From NCBI GenBank assembly GCA_016218565.1, contig JACRDM010000013.1, positions 1-34,453 of the forward strand: a stretch of DNA of 34,453 bases. The letters are read 5' to 3'. A program made the position numbers and the translations under genes. Numbering within the stretch: position 1 is the first letter of the stretch; the number at the start of each line of letters is the position of its first letter. A model generated the notes under the pieces. It had not been told where the DNA came from. It saw nothing but the letters and a program-made list of their open reading frames with translations, and searched no databases. Positions 16,121 through 25,846 of the stretch are shown piece by piece. The DNA is from Elusimicrobiota bacterium (GTDB lineage Bacteria > CAYTYR01 > UBA6262).

Positions 16121-17280
16121 CAGTCACCCCAATTATTTTTTATAGTGGTAAGGACTTTAAGCATTTCTTTGGTAGCTTTCACATCATGCACCCGCAGTAT
16201 ATTCGCTCCTTGCAGATAACCCCAGGCCGCGGCCGCCAGGCTGCCGTTCAGGCGGCCGGCCAACCCTGTACCTAATATTGTGCCGATCATTGATTTGCGC
16301 GACGCCCCCAGAAGCACCGGCGCTCCGAGCGATCTAAACTCTGACAACTTGCGCAGCAATTCCAGATTATGTTCCAGAGTTTTACCAAAACCTAGGCCCG
16401 GGTCAATAATAAGTTTTTCCCTGGATATTCCCTGATCAACCGCCAGTTGGATTCTTTCTTTCAAGAACTGGAACACTTCACCAACTACATCCTGATAATG
16501 AGGCTTCTTCTGCATCTGCCGCGGCGTTCCCTGCATATGCATTAAGACTACCTTGGCTTTATATTTGACCGCCACTTTGGCCATTTTCCGGTCAAAACGT
16601 AAAGCTGATATATCGTTAATTATTTCTGCGCCATGGTCCAGACAGACACTGGCTACTTCGGATTTATAAGTATCGATCGATAGCGGTATTTTAATTTTGT
16701 TGACGACGGCTTTTAGCGTGGGCAAAACCCGGGCTAATTCTTCCTTAACTGACACCGGCGCGCTGCCGGGACGACTAGATTCTCCTCCGATATCAATAAT
16801 ATCCGCTCCTTCTCGCGTCATTTCCAGAACCCGGGCAATAGCCTGCCTGGAAGCCAAATATTTGCCGCCATCGAAAAAAGAATCAGGAGTAATATTAAGA
16901 ATGCCCATAATCTGTACATTTTTTACCGGCCGGTAATAATTATCAATTATTTCCCTGAGGCCGGGAGCCACTTGTTTAAGGCCAAATGGCTGACCGGTCA
17001 ATTTGCAGAGTAATTTGCGGTACTGGGCCGGCGTCCCGATCAGCAGTACCGGAGCGCGGCCGCGCTGGAGAGACATTACCGCTCGTGAACAGGCGGCTTC
17101 AGCTCCCAGGGAAAGCATTTCCTGTTTCAGGATATTGGCGGCGCGATGATCGAGCTGTTCGATCTTTATTACTAGTAAGTCAGCTTTGTCGGCCATCAGC
17201 TTAATACCATAAGGGTCTACGCCTATTTTGGCCATTTCCTTTTTAATATCCGCGACTGCTAATACTCTCGCTGAAGGCAT
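16120..17280 (-). CDS. folP: Dihydropteroate synthase with N-terminal extension
   Basis: MGILNITPDSF, GGESSRPG, DPGLGFGK, SRKS and RVHDV, preceded by about 115 extra residues (ILKQEMLS...QPFGL). Confidence 0.95.
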   Translation of the reverse strand: MPSARVLAVADIKKEMAKIGVDPYGIKLMADKADLLVIKIEQLDHRAANILKQEMLSLGAEAACSRAVMSLQRGRAPVLLIGTPAQYRKLLCKLTGQPFGLKQVAPGLREIIDNYYRPVKNVQIMGILNITPDSFFDGGKYLASRQAIARVLEMTREGADIIDIGGESSRPGSAPVSVKEELARVLPTLKAVVNKIKIPLSIDTYKSEVASVCLDHGAEIINDISALRFDRKMAKVAVKYKAKVVLMHMQGTPRQMQKKPHYQDVVGEVFQFLKERIQLAVDQGISREKLIIDPGLGFGKTLEHNLELLRKLSEFRSLGAPVLLGASRKSMIGTILGTGLAGRLNGSLAAAAWGYLQGANILRVHDVKATKEMLKVLTTIKNNWGD

Positions 17281-17297
17281 AATACCACCCTGGAAGC

Positions 17298-17364
17298 AAA
17301 TTCGAAATACGAATATCTAAACAAATTTGATATTTGAAATTGTTTAGTATTTAGAGCTTAGTAT
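17298..17364. repeat. Inverted heptamer array (AAATTCG / TTAGTAT type)
   Basis: aaattcg-aaatacg-aatatct...ttgatat-ttgaaat...ttagtat-ttagagc-ttagtat, between folE and folP. Confidence 0.72.
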
Positions 17365-17985
17365 TTATTTGTTAATTAAGGATAGTGCTTCGGCTCTGGT
17401 CCGGGCATCTTTCAAGAAGATCCCCCGCATGGCGCTGGTAATGGTCTTAGAGCCGGGTTTCTTGACTCCCCGCATAGTCAGGCAGAAGTGCTCTGCTTCA
17501 ATGACGACCAGCACACCCTGAGGCCTGACGGCTTTCATGATTGTATCAGCTATTACCATAGACAACCGTTCTTGCAGCTGCGGGCGCCGGGAAACTGTAT
17601 CCACCACCCGGGCGATCTTAGATAACCCGGTTAGTCTCCCTTTTTGCGGCAGATAAGCGACATGGGCCTGGCCGAAAAAAGGCACCAGATGATGTTCACA
17701 CATGGAATATAACGGTATATCACGAACTAATACTATTTCTGAATAGTCTTCCTTTTCATAATATACTTCCAGGTCTTTGGCTGGATCGCGATGTAGTCCG
17801 GCAAAGATCTCCTCATACATATCTGCCACCCGCCGGGGCGTGCCTAGCAAACCTTCGCGCCGCGGATTTTCACCGATCGCTTCCAGGATGGCCCGGACCG
17901 CTTTTTCAATTTTTGGTTTGTTTACCCTATCAGAGATAGAAAACTCTATTTTCTTTTTTCTCAATCTTTTAAAATTCTTAAGCAT
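17365..17985 (-). CDS. folE: GTP cyclohydrolase I
   Basis: [27 protein letters not shown] and HFCLTMRGV. Confidence 0.97.
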   Translation of the reverse strand: MLKNFKRLRKKKIEFSISDRVNKPKIEKAVRAILEAIGENPRREGLLGTPRRVADMYEEIFAGLHRDPAKDLEVYYEKEDYSEIVLVRDIPLYSMCEHHLVPFFGQAHVAYLPQKGRLTGLSKIARVVDTVSRRPQLQERLSMVIADTIMKAVRPQGVLVVIEAEHFCLTMRGVKKPGSKTITSAMRGIFLKDARTRAEALSLINK

Positions 17986-19865
17986 TAAGCTAGACCCCTA
18001 ACCGGGTTTATCTTTACCTCTTCTTTCGCCGGATTAGCGCCGTTCACCGGCGGTAATTTCTTACCGCTGAGAATAAGCTCTACCTCATCGCCGACCAATA
18101 CTTCTCTTTCGATAAGTTTGGCGGCCAGCAAGTTCAACTTATCAATATTATCTTTTAGCAGTTTCTGGGCCCTGACCAAAGCCTGGTCAATGATCCCTTT
18201 TTCTTCAAAATCGATCATTTCCGCGGTTTTTTCGCTGTAGGCTTTTTCCCGGGCGATGTCTCTTCCCAGGAAAATTTCTTCAGCTGGTTTTTGCAAGGTC
18301 AGCGGCCCGAGTTTCGCGCTCATGCCATATTCTCTGACCATTTTACGGGCTAATTCCGTAGCCTTGGATAGATCATTGTGCGCCCCAGTGGTTACTTCAT
18401 TAAAAATCAGCTCTTCAGCAACCCGGCCGCCCAGCAATACTGAGAGCCGGTCCAAGATCTCTCCCTTCGTGGTTAAATAACGGTCCTCTAAAGGTAACTG
18501 CAGAGTATACCCCAGAGCCGGACCACGAGGAATAATAGACACCTTATGCACCGGATCAGTCCCGGGAATAAGCTTGGCAATAAGGGCATGCCCGCTTTCA
18601 TGATAGGCGATAATCTTCTTTTCGCGATCGCTGATCAAGCGGCTCTTACGCTGCGGACCGGCAATTACGCGGTCAATAGCTTCTTCCAAATCTTCCATTT
18701 CTACTGCTTCTTTTTCTTTGCGCGCCGCTAATAAGGCAGCTTCATTAACTAAGTTGGCTAAATCCGCCCCGACAAATCCGGGAGTGCGCCGGGCAATAAC
18801 ATTCAAATCGGTTTCCTTGGCTAATTTCACGGTGCGGGTATGCACTGCTAATATCTCCTCCCGGCCTTTCAGATCGGGACTGGCCACAGAAATATGACGG
18901 TCAAAACGACCTGGTCGGAGCAGCGCCGGGTCTAACACATCCGGCCGGTTCGTGGCCGCGATCAAGATGACCCCTTCTTTAGTATCAAACCCATCCATCT
19001 CTACCAACAACTGGTTGAGGGTCTGCTCCCGTTCATCATGCCCCCCGCCGATACCAGCGCCGCGGTGACGGCCCACGGCATCTAATTCATCGATGAATAA
19101 CAGGCAGGGAGCGCTGCGCTTGCCCTGTTCGAATAAATCCCGTACCCGGGAAGCGCCAACGCCAACAAACATTTCCACGAACTCGCTGCCGCTGGAGGAA
19201 AAAAACGGTACGCCAGCCTCACCGGCTACGGCTTTAGCTAACAGGGTTTTGCCTGTGCCCGGGGACCCGTATAATAAAACGCCCTTGGGGATCTTTCCAC
19301 CCAGCCGCTGGAACTTTTTAGGGCTTTTTAAAAAAGCAATGATTTCCTGTAATTCTTCTTTCACCTCGTCTATCCCGGCTACATCTTTAAAGGTTATCTT
19401 TTGTTTTCCGGCGCTGGTTTGCAAGCGCGCTTTACTACGGCCAAAAGACATCGCCTGTTTGCCCCCAGCTTGCATCTGTTTCATCATAAACAGCCAGAAA
19501 GCTATTATAAGAATGAACGGGCCAAAAGACCAGATAAAATTATTAAAGTAAACCCACCAGGTCTTTTCCGTTTCACCGCTAAAAGTCACGCCGTGCGCTT
19601 CTAAATCCCTGACCAGGTCAGGATCATTGACTGGAGTGGTACGGAATGCGGATTCTTTTTTCTCTTCATCATAGTATTTACCGGAGAGGCTATTATTCTT
19701 ATTGTCAATGACGACCTTGATCACCCGGTCAATCTTGATCATCTGTTTAAACGCGCTATAGGGCAGATCAGTAACTTGTTGTTTCTTGCCCAATTGTTGT
19801 GATAAGGCGGTAAGCCCGATGATCAATAATACCCAAAAAGATAAGCCCTTCATAAAATTCTTCAA
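17985..19865 (-). CDS. ftsH: ATP-dependent zinc metalloprotease FtsH
   Basis: Two TM segments, [21 protein letters not shown] and HESGH. Confidence 0.98.
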   Translation of the reverse strand: MKNFMKGLSFWVLLIIGLTALSQQLGKKQQVTDLPYSAFKQMIKIDRVIKVVIDNKNNSLSGKYYDEEKKESAFRTTPVNDPDLVRDLEAHGVTFSGETEKTWWVYFNNFIWSFGPFILIIAFWLFMMKQMQAGGKQAMSFGRSKARLQTSAGKQKITFKDVAGIDEVKEELQEIIAFLKSPKKFQRLGGKIPKGVLLYGSPGTGKTLLAKAVAGEAGVPFFSSSGSEFVEMFVGVGASRVRDLFEQGKRSAPCLLFIDELDAVGRHRGAGIGGGHDEREQTLNQLLVEMDGFDTKEGVILIAATNRPDVLDPALLRPGRFDRHISVASPDLKGREEILAVHTRTVKLAKETDLNVIARRTPGFVGADLANLVNEAALLAARKEKEAVEMEDLEEAIDRVIAGPQRKSRLISDREKKIIAYHESGHALIAKLIPGTDPVHKVSIIPRGPALGYTLQLPLEDRYLTTKGEILDRLSVLLGGRVAEELIFNEVTTGAHNDLSKATELARKMVREYGMSAKLGPLTLQKPAEEIFLGRDIAREKAYSEKTAEMIDFEEKGIIDQALVRAQKLLKDNIDKLNLLAAKLIEREVLVGDEVELILSGKKLPPVNGANPAKEEVKINPVRGLA

Positions 19866-19866
19866 T

Positions 19867-21231
19867 TTAAGACACCTCTATTTCTAAGATAGTTTTGGTC
19901 TGCCTGGTAACTTTAACCCGGTTATCAATTCGCCCCAAGGTACACATACTGACCATCCCTTTTTCATCCACAATCATTGGTACCTGATTACGCTCGCCGG
20001 GAGCGATTTTTTGCTCGATAAAATAGTCTTTCAATTTTTTTGTTCCAGCCAGGCCAAATGGCTGGAAACGATCTCCCGGCCGGCGGGTACGCAGGCATAA
20101 TTGCCCGCTAATAGCTGCCGCATCCAGGAAAGTCAGGCGTTTACTTTTGCGGAGCGTGAATCCGGTTGTTTTCTGATAGCTGCGGATAACCACCTGCAAG
20201 CCCAGATCAGGTATCCGGGTCACTCCCGGCGCTGACAAAGCCCACATGGCAGCGCGGTTAGCCTTCTTTATCTGGGCGCCAGTTGAAAAAATGAGTTTAC
20301 TATATTCCCGCCGGCACCACAGGTCATCACCCAGCGGCAACTGTTTAACCGGGCCTGTAGCACCGGCCAAATTCAGGATCTTTTCCACCTGTTCAAAAGG
20401 CAGCGGAGCAATAAGCCTAACCAAGCGGCGCTGTAACCAAACCGGCCGCTGCAAAAACCGCTTAATATTCAAGACCGTTGCTCCGGCTTTTTGTTCCAGA
20501 CATTTTGCTTTTTCCTGCCTAGCCTGCTGCTGTAAAAAATTATCTTCTTCTCTTTCTAAAGCGCTTAGCTGCAGAAGATGTTGATAGATTTGCGGATTAT
20601 AGCGCCTGACTAATTCCGGTAATAATTTAAGCCTGATCCGGTTGCGCAGGTAATTGGTTTTCAGGTTTGAAGAATCGGTCCGGAAAAGCAACTTGTTTTG
20701 TTTGGCAAAGAGCTCAATATCTTTCCGCCAGATGGATAACAAGGGACGTACGATTTTGCCCCGTGCTACCGGCATTCCGGCTAATCCTGTTTTTCCAGCG
20801 CCCCGCAACAAGAACAGCAGGACTGTTTCTACCTGGTCATTGGCATTATGAGCCATGGCGATCTTTTCGGCCTTGATTGCGGCTGCGGTTTTTTCCAAAA
20901 AATCATAGCGCAACAGTCGTGCGGCTTCTTCAATTGACCATCCCTGCTGACGGGCATATTTCCTGACCTCCTGTTTTTGCCGATGGAAGCAAACTTCATA
21001 TTTCCCGGCCAACTGCCGGACAAAAGCTTCATCTTGATCAGATTCCTTACCGCGCAGGGAATGATTGAAATGAGCCACCTGGAGAGTCCAGTGGTATTTT
21101 GGCCTGAGTATCCAGAGCAGATGGAATAATAAAACCGAGTCAACGCCCCCTGATACTGGCACCAGGACCGTCTCACCTGCTTTTAAAAGACCATTCTTTA
21201 TAATCGCTTTTTCCACTTGATTCAGTAGCAT
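19867..21231 (-). CDS. tilS: tRNA(Ile)-lysidine synthetase
   Basis: SGGVDS PP-loop, AARLLRY, AHNANDQVET, RNRIR and the C-terminal RRPGDRF...KKLKD. Start taken at ATG 21231. Confidence 0.96.
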   Translation of the reverse strand: MLLNQVEKAIIKNGLLKAGETVLVPVSGGVDSVLLFHLLWILRPKYHWTLQVAHFNHSLRGKESDQDEAFVRQLAGKYEVCFHRQKQEVRKYARQQGWSIEEAARLLRYDFLEKTAAAIKAEKIAMAHNANDQVETVLLFLLRGAGKTGLAGMPVARGKIVRPLLSIWRKDIELFAKQNKLLFRTDSSNLKTNYLRNRIRLKLLPELVRRYNPQIYQHLLQLSALEREEDNFLQQQARQEKAKCLEQKAGATVLNIKRFLQRPVWLQRRLVRLIAPLPFEQVEKILNLAGATGPVKQLPLGDDLWCRREYSKLIFSTGAQIKKANRAAMWALSAPGVTRIPDLGLQVVIRSYQKTTGFTLRKSKRLTFLDAAAISGQLCLRTRRPGDRFQPFGLAGTKKLKDYFIEQKIAPGERNQVPMIVDEKGMVSMCTLGRIDNRVKVTRQTKTILEIEVS

Positions 21232-21249
21232 AAATCTTATTTTACCACC

Positions 21250-21276
21250 AACTATCAACTATGAACTATCAACTGT
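21250..21276. repeat. AACTATC heptamer array
   Basis: aactatc-aactatg-aactatc-aactgt, between the tRNA and tilS. Confidence 0.8.
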
Positions 21277-21283
21277 ATTTATA

Positions 21284-21356
21284 TAGCTGGGGCGAGAGTT
21301 GAACTCGCGACCAACGGCTTATGAGTCCGCTGCTCTACCAACTGAGCTACCCAGCC
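21284..21356 (-). tRNA. tRNA with CAT anticodon, most likely elongator tRNA-Met
   Basis: 73-nt cloverleaf GGCTGGG-TAGCTCAGTTGGTAGAGC-A-GCGGA-CTCATAA-GCCGT-TGGTC-GCGAG-TTCAACT-CTCGC-CCCAGCT-A. CCA is not encoded. It lacks the three anticodon-stem G-C pairs of initiator tRNA. Confidence 0.93.
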
Positions 21357-21469
21357 TAAGTATAGAGCTTCACAAAATCGTTCAGCTCTTGATTGCCAGA
21401 GATTTAATATAGATTCCGGAGATTATTACCGCCTGAAACAGAATTTTGTAAAGAGCTCCGGATTAAAAT

Positions 21470-21497
21470 AAGGAAGGCAAAAAGGGCCGCCTTCCTT
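21470..21497 (-). terminator. Intrinsic terminator-like hairpin
   Basis: AAGGAAGGC / GCCTTCCTT 9-bp stem followed by ATTTT on the minus strand, about 60 nt past the PilZ stop. Confidence 0.55.
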
Positions 21498-21506
21498 CAG
21501 GTACCT

Positions 21507-21535
21507 ATTTTAGCAAAGTTTTTGCCCTAAGGCAA
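21507..21535 (-). promoter_or_regulatory. Sigma70-type promoter upstream of tRNA-tilS-ftsH
   Basis: TTGCCT, a 17-bp spacer ending in TGC (extended -10), then TAAAAT. Confidence 0.6.
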
Positions 21536-21560
21536 GAGGTTTTTAACCTAAATTTGGGGG

Positions 21561-21944
21561 TTAAACAATTTCACTCTGATTCCTAACCTCAATCATGATG
21601 AAACTGCGCAAGGCAGTGAGGTCATACGGATTCAACTGGCCAAAAGCTAATCCTATCAAATAACACCGCTCCACCGGGTACAAGGCGCACCAGATCACTT
21701 TGACCGTAGAACAGATAAAAATATTCAACAATCCTGGCAGTTTAAAGGTGATGGAAAGCTCTGAACCGTCATTAAAACTGACCGGTGATTTGAGACAGCA
21801 TCCGCCTTCGCTCAGGTTCACAAAAAAACACCTCTCAGAATGCATCAGGCTGTCAGTACTTTTACCGGCGAGTTGTGCTGGTCCTTCATATTTGATACGC
21901 GGGGCACTGCGGCGGTCAGGGCCGGTATATGTCTCGCTGGCCAT
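21561..21944 (-). CDS. Stand-alone PilZ domain protein (c-di-GMP receptor)
   Basis: DRRSAPR (RxxxR) and NLSEGG (D/NxSxxG), plus VIW...GLAF. Confidence 0.9.
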   Translation of the reverse strand: MASETYTGPDRRSAPRIKYEGPAQLAGKSTDSLMHSERCFFVNLSEGGCCLKSPVSFNDGSELSITFKLPGLLNIFICSTVKVIWCALYPVERCYLIGLAFGQLNPYDLTALRSFIMIEVRNQSEIV

Positions 21945-21949
21945 AGGTG

Positions 21950-23191
21950 TTATCTCCTTATCAGCAAGGCCACTACTGTGACCATATTCCTGTAATCAGT
22001 TGCTTTATCATACCCGAAACCAACCATAAAATACAACCAGTTTATTTGCCAACCACCGGTATAATGCCACCGACTGTCTAATTTCTTCACCCGCGTCGGC
22101 TCATAGTAGGTACCGGCCCGCCAGTTTATTTGCAGATCTTGTCTGATACTCCAGAGATAATTACCTCCGATATGCAGGTCATAGACCCCTTTATCCTTGA
22201 ATTCATATTTTTCTATACCAGAAACCAAACCAGAGCCCACCAGGACGGTATTATCCTGCTTACCCAGATAATTAGTATCCAAGCCAATGTTGCTTTCTGG
22301 CGCATATTCATAATTAACTCCGATTCCTAACCTAAGAGGTAAACTTACATTACGGTACCATTTTATTCCAGTATCAGTTTTGGTAGCTGCGGTCGCAAAT
22401 TGCTTTTCTGCAAAATTAAAGGTGTGGTTAGGTTTGAAAACAGCTCCATAGGATAATTTATCACTACTTCTATAAAGCACTCCAAAATCGATAGTCGTGC
22501 CGCTTACTTTCTGCTCATCATCGATAGCAACATCATCAAGATGGATTATATTTGACGGATTGCTAAGGTAATAAACATCCAGCGGATATTTCATACGAAT
22601 ACTTTCTGCTACGCTATAAACATTGATATTAGCTCCCAAAGCCAAGTTACTCGCGACTTGCCATGAAATAGGGATTGAAAACGAGGTTATTTCCATTTTG
22701 AGCTGATATTTTTCCAAAGTAGTAGCTGGTCTCCTGATATTGGTATATCCGCTTATACTGCTATCAGGAGAGACTAAACCACTGAAATTCTGTTCTGCCG
22801 CATAAGGGACGTCATATACCACCCCCAGGGCAATATTAAAACAAGAACTCGCCCGGTGCGTGCGCCCGACCAGACCAGCAAAAAAATAGCTGAGCGGAAA
22901 GCTGTCCTTAGCGCCATTTTGGTCAAAATCAGTTGGCGCATTATTCAGCTCGCTCTTGGCCAGACCGGCATCCAGCGCGGCCGGAGAAAAGATCAACCCT
23001 GCCGGATTGTAATTAACCGCGTTCAGGTCATTCGACTTGGCCAAATAGGCGCCAGCCAGTCCGACAATCCTGTGGTCGCCAATGACATAACCGCCATAAC
23101 CATTGTAATTTTCCAAGGCTGTGCCCTGCCCCACGCCACCCAAGACTAAAACCAGTACAGCCATTCCCCCTGTTTTTAAAGGCTTTCTCAT
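21950..23191 (-). CDS. Outer-membrane beta-barrel, FadL/OmpP1/PorV-like
   Basis: Signal-like N-terminus, GLAGAYLAKSNDLNAVNYNPAGL signature, DFGVLY and PLRLGIG beta-strand patterns. Overlaps the gspD stop (ATGA). Confidence 0.75.
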   Translation of the reverse strand: MRKPLKTGGMAVLVLVLGGVGQGTALENYNGYGGYVIGDHRIVGLAGAYLAKSNDLNAVNYNPAGLIFSPAALDAGLAKSELNNAPTDFDQNGAKDSFPLSYFFAGLVGRTHRASSCFNIALGVVYDVPYAAEQNFSGLVSPDSSISGYTNIRRPATTLEKYQLKMEITSFSIPISWQVASNLALGANINVYSVAESIRMKYPLDVYYLSNPSNIIHLDDVAIDDEQKVSGTTIDFGVLYRSSDKLSYGAVFKPNHTFNFAEKQFATAATKTDTGIKWYRNVSLPLRLGIGVNYEYAPESNIGLDTNYLGKQDNTVLVGSGLVSGIEKYEFKDKGVYDLHIGGNYLWSIRQDLQINWRAGTYYEPTRVKKLDSRWHYTGGWQINWLYFMVGFGYDKATDYRNMVTVVALLIRR

Positions 23192-25344
23192 TTTTTACCT
23201 TCTTTGTCAGTTTGCATCCTGGACTTAGCCTTTTTTATGTATTTTTCCGCTTTTACCGCTAATCTATCCTTAGGATTGATCTCTATCGCTTTTTCCCACT
23301 TATCAATCGCCCCCTGATAATCTTTCTTTTTATAGGCGAGCAATCCTTCCTGATAATATTCTTTGGCCGTTAACCGGTACGGGGTTGTTTTGATACTGAT
23401 CTGGCTCTCCTGCTCTTTAGTCATTTCTTCAGCTTCGGCTGAGGAAGTAACCACATACGGGGTAATAAATACCATTAATTCTGTTTTTTCCTTGGTCATT
23501 CCTTGTTTCTTGAACAACCAACCGAGAATCGGAATATCTCCCAACAAAGGGATTTTGCTGTCAGAAAATGAATCATCGTCTTTGATCAGTCCGCCGATCA
23601 CCACGGTTTGCCCATCTTGAACTACCACTTTTGTTTTGGCTTCACGATCAGCCAGTATAGGCGCATTCAGTTCGGCATTCGTGCCTAAGATCTTTTTGAT
23701 ACTAAGACTCACCTCTAAGGCCACGTCTTTTGCCGTATTTATACGCGGCGTAACCTTTAGCTCTATGGATATATTTTTGTAGTCATAAGTTTTTACGGTT
23801 TGCGTTTGCCCGGCTTCATCCCGGACAAAATGAACTTCTTTCAAAATAGGGACTTCTTCTCCTACTTTGATGGTTGCTTCCTGATTATTACTGGCCAGCA
23901 CATGCGGCGTGGAAAGAATATTCACCTTTTGATCCGTAGCTAACGCCTGCAATAAAGCCGAGAGAGAATTATCACTTTTCAGCACAGAATACTTGAGCCC
24001 GTCACCGATAAAATTACCCACCCCAAAACTTTGCTGCAAGGTCCCGGACATCTCTGGATTGTTCTTTCCCCAACCCTGATTATAGGACCATTCGATACCA
24101 AGTTTATTCTCTTTGGTCAGGCTTACTTCGACTAGCAAAGCTTTTATGAGCACTTGCGCGGTCCGTACATCCAACTGCTCAATAATACGCTGAATCCGAG
24201 GATAATTCTGGTTTGCCGTGGTAATGATCAGGCTATTGGTACGGTCGTCAATAACCACATTAAACCCGCCGTCGATCACAGAACTAGCTCCCGGTTTAAG
24301 CAGATCATTAAGTATTTTAGCAATGTCGGCGGCTTTGGAATTCTGCAGGGAAAATACCTTGGTATTATCATTTGCCATAGCTGTTTCCCGGTCCAATTTA
24401 AGAGCCAGATCCTTGACCACCGCCAGATTATTTTGCGTAGTTATCACGATGAGAGCGTGCAGACGATTATCCGGAATGACCTCCAGGTAATTCACGATAC
24501 GGGGCTTCGCGGTCAATAAGATCGCTTTAATTTTAGCCGCTAACGCGTTTTCCTCGCTATTTTGTAAACTGATAATTTCGATCCTGATCTCATCGCCATA
24601 TATTGACACATCGATATTCTCCAAAACCTTAATGATCTTCTTAATGTTGGAGCCAACATCCGTTAAAATAAGAGAATTAGTTCGTTCATCAACAACCACA
24701 TTGCCGTTGCGCGAAATGAGCGGCTGCAGGTCATTTTTCACTTCATTGGCGACAATATATTTCAAAGGTATGATCTGGGTAACGACCCGGTCATCGCCCA
24801 CTTGTGTTGACTGCGTCGTCCTGATCTCGATGCTCTTCTGGGTCGCTTCGGTTTGGGTCACTACTTTCACTATGTTCCCATAACGGACCATGGTCAATCC
24901 TTTTATCTCCAATATTGACTGCAGCATATCCATGGCTTCGTCCACCGGAATGCGCTTATTACTGATCACCGTCACGTTACCCCGCACATTATCACCCAAA
25001 ATAAAAGTAAGCCCGGTCACATCATTAAAAAACTTCAAGACCAGGCTGATCTCCGTATTCTGAAAATTCAGGGCAATGAGTGGTGATTTTTTTTCTTCCG
25101 TAGGTGATTCGGGAGCAGGTACCGGGGCCGCGGGACTAACCAGTGGCTGGGCCTCTAGCGGCTCCGGCGGTACTAAGTCAACCGCCGCCATTGGCTTTTG
25201 GTCAGGAGTCTGGTCAGCCGTCAGTGGCGCCACCATCAGGTTTAAATCAGGATTGTTTTCTTCTGTCGCTAAGGGCCGGAGCAGAACTAGAACAGCACCA
25301 ATAGCTGCCGTAGTCATTATTGTCATCCTCTTAAATGATCTCAA
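23188..25344 (-). CDS. gspD: Type II secretion secretin GspD with C-terminal TPR
   Basis: LNFQNTEI N0 domain, DERTNSL N-domains, QVLIKALLVEV, KIPLLGDIPILGWLF and FITP, followed by a TPR-like tail. Confidence 0.93.
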   Translation of the reverse strand: MRSFKRMTIMTTAAIGAVLVLLRPLATEENNPDLNLMVAPLTADQTPDQKPMAAVDLVPPEPLEAQPLVSPAAPVPAPESPTEEKKSPLIALNFQNTEISLVLKFFNDVTGLTFILGDNVRGNVTVISNKRIPVDEAMDMLQSILEIKGLTMVRYGNIVKVVTQTEATQKSIEIRTTQSTQVGDDRVVTQIIPLKYIVANEVKNDLQPLISRNGNVVVDERTNSLILTDVGSNIKKIIKVLENIDVSIYGDEIRIEIISLQNSEENALAAKIKAILLTAKPRIVNYLEVIPDNRLHALIVITTQNNLAVVKDLALKLDRETAMANDNTKVFSLQNSKAADIAKILNDLLKPGASSVIDGGFNVVIDDRTNSLIITTANQNYPRIQRIIEQLDVRTAQVLIKALLVEVSLTKENKLGIEWSYNQGWGKNNPEMSGTLQQSFGVGNFIGDGLKYSVLKSDNSLSALLQALATDQKVNILSTPHVLASNNQEATIKVGEEVPILKEVHFVRDEAGQTQTVKTYDYKNISIELKVTPRINTAKDVALEVSLSIKKILGTNAELNAPILADREAKTKVVVQDGQTVVIGGLIKDDDSFSDSKIPLLGDIPILGWLFKKQGMTKEKTELMVFITPYVVTSSAEAEEMTKEQESQISIKTTPYRLTAKEYYQEGLLAYKKKDYQGAIDKWEKAIEINPKDRLAVKAEKYIKKAKSRMQTDKEGKK

Positions 25345-25366
25345 TATTTCCTCCTAGGCATATGGT

Positions 25367-25837
25367 TTACCGTATGGTTCTTATCTTTAACGTTATCTGG
25401 AACTGGCCTTCGTAATCAAGATCCACTATTTGCGCTTTTTCGTCGAGGCTGATAATCTTTGCCCCAGCCAGCTCATCGCCTATTTTATAACTGCCTCCGC
25501 TCCCGTTCCTTTGGTCGGTGATCAAGGCCGCAGTATTAGCACCGTCAAAAACAACGCCGCTCAATAAAAAGTTCTGCGACAGTTCTGTTTTTTTGTTCTC
25601 TAGCCGCCGCTGTTCTTCTATCTTCCGGCGCTCTTCTTCGATCTTTTTCTGTTCCGCCAGCGTTTTCTTTTCCAGATTTTCTTCATTGACCGGTTTAACG
25701 ATATTTACTTTCCAGAGAGGCTTAAATATATTCCTCTGTTCGATTATACCATAAAAGGAGTATGGCTGGCCATAAAGAACAGTGGCCGCGCCGAGAAAAA
25801 TTATAAAAATCAAGACTAAACACCGGTAGGCATACAT
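25367..25837 (-). CDS. GspC/PilP-like protein
   Basis: N-terminal TM, RNIF, a coiled coil and an LSGVV...ALI...YKIGD HR-domain pattern. Lies just before the secretin. Confidence 0.6.
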   Translation of the reverse strand: MYAYRCLVLIFIIFLGAATVLYGQPYSFYGIIEQRNIFKPLWKVNIVKPVNEENLEKKTLAEQKKIEEERRKIEEQRRLENKKTELSQNFLLSGVVFDGANTAALITDQRNGSGGSYKIGDELAGAKIISLDEKAQIVDLDYEGQFQITLKIRTIR

Positions 25838-25846
25838 TCGGTCACC

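Noticed and set aside
21484-21508. SRP RNA-like AGG...GAAGGAAG segment
   Set aside because: It lacks the conserved domain IV pairing and AGCAG, and is better explained as one arm of the 21470..21497 hairpin.
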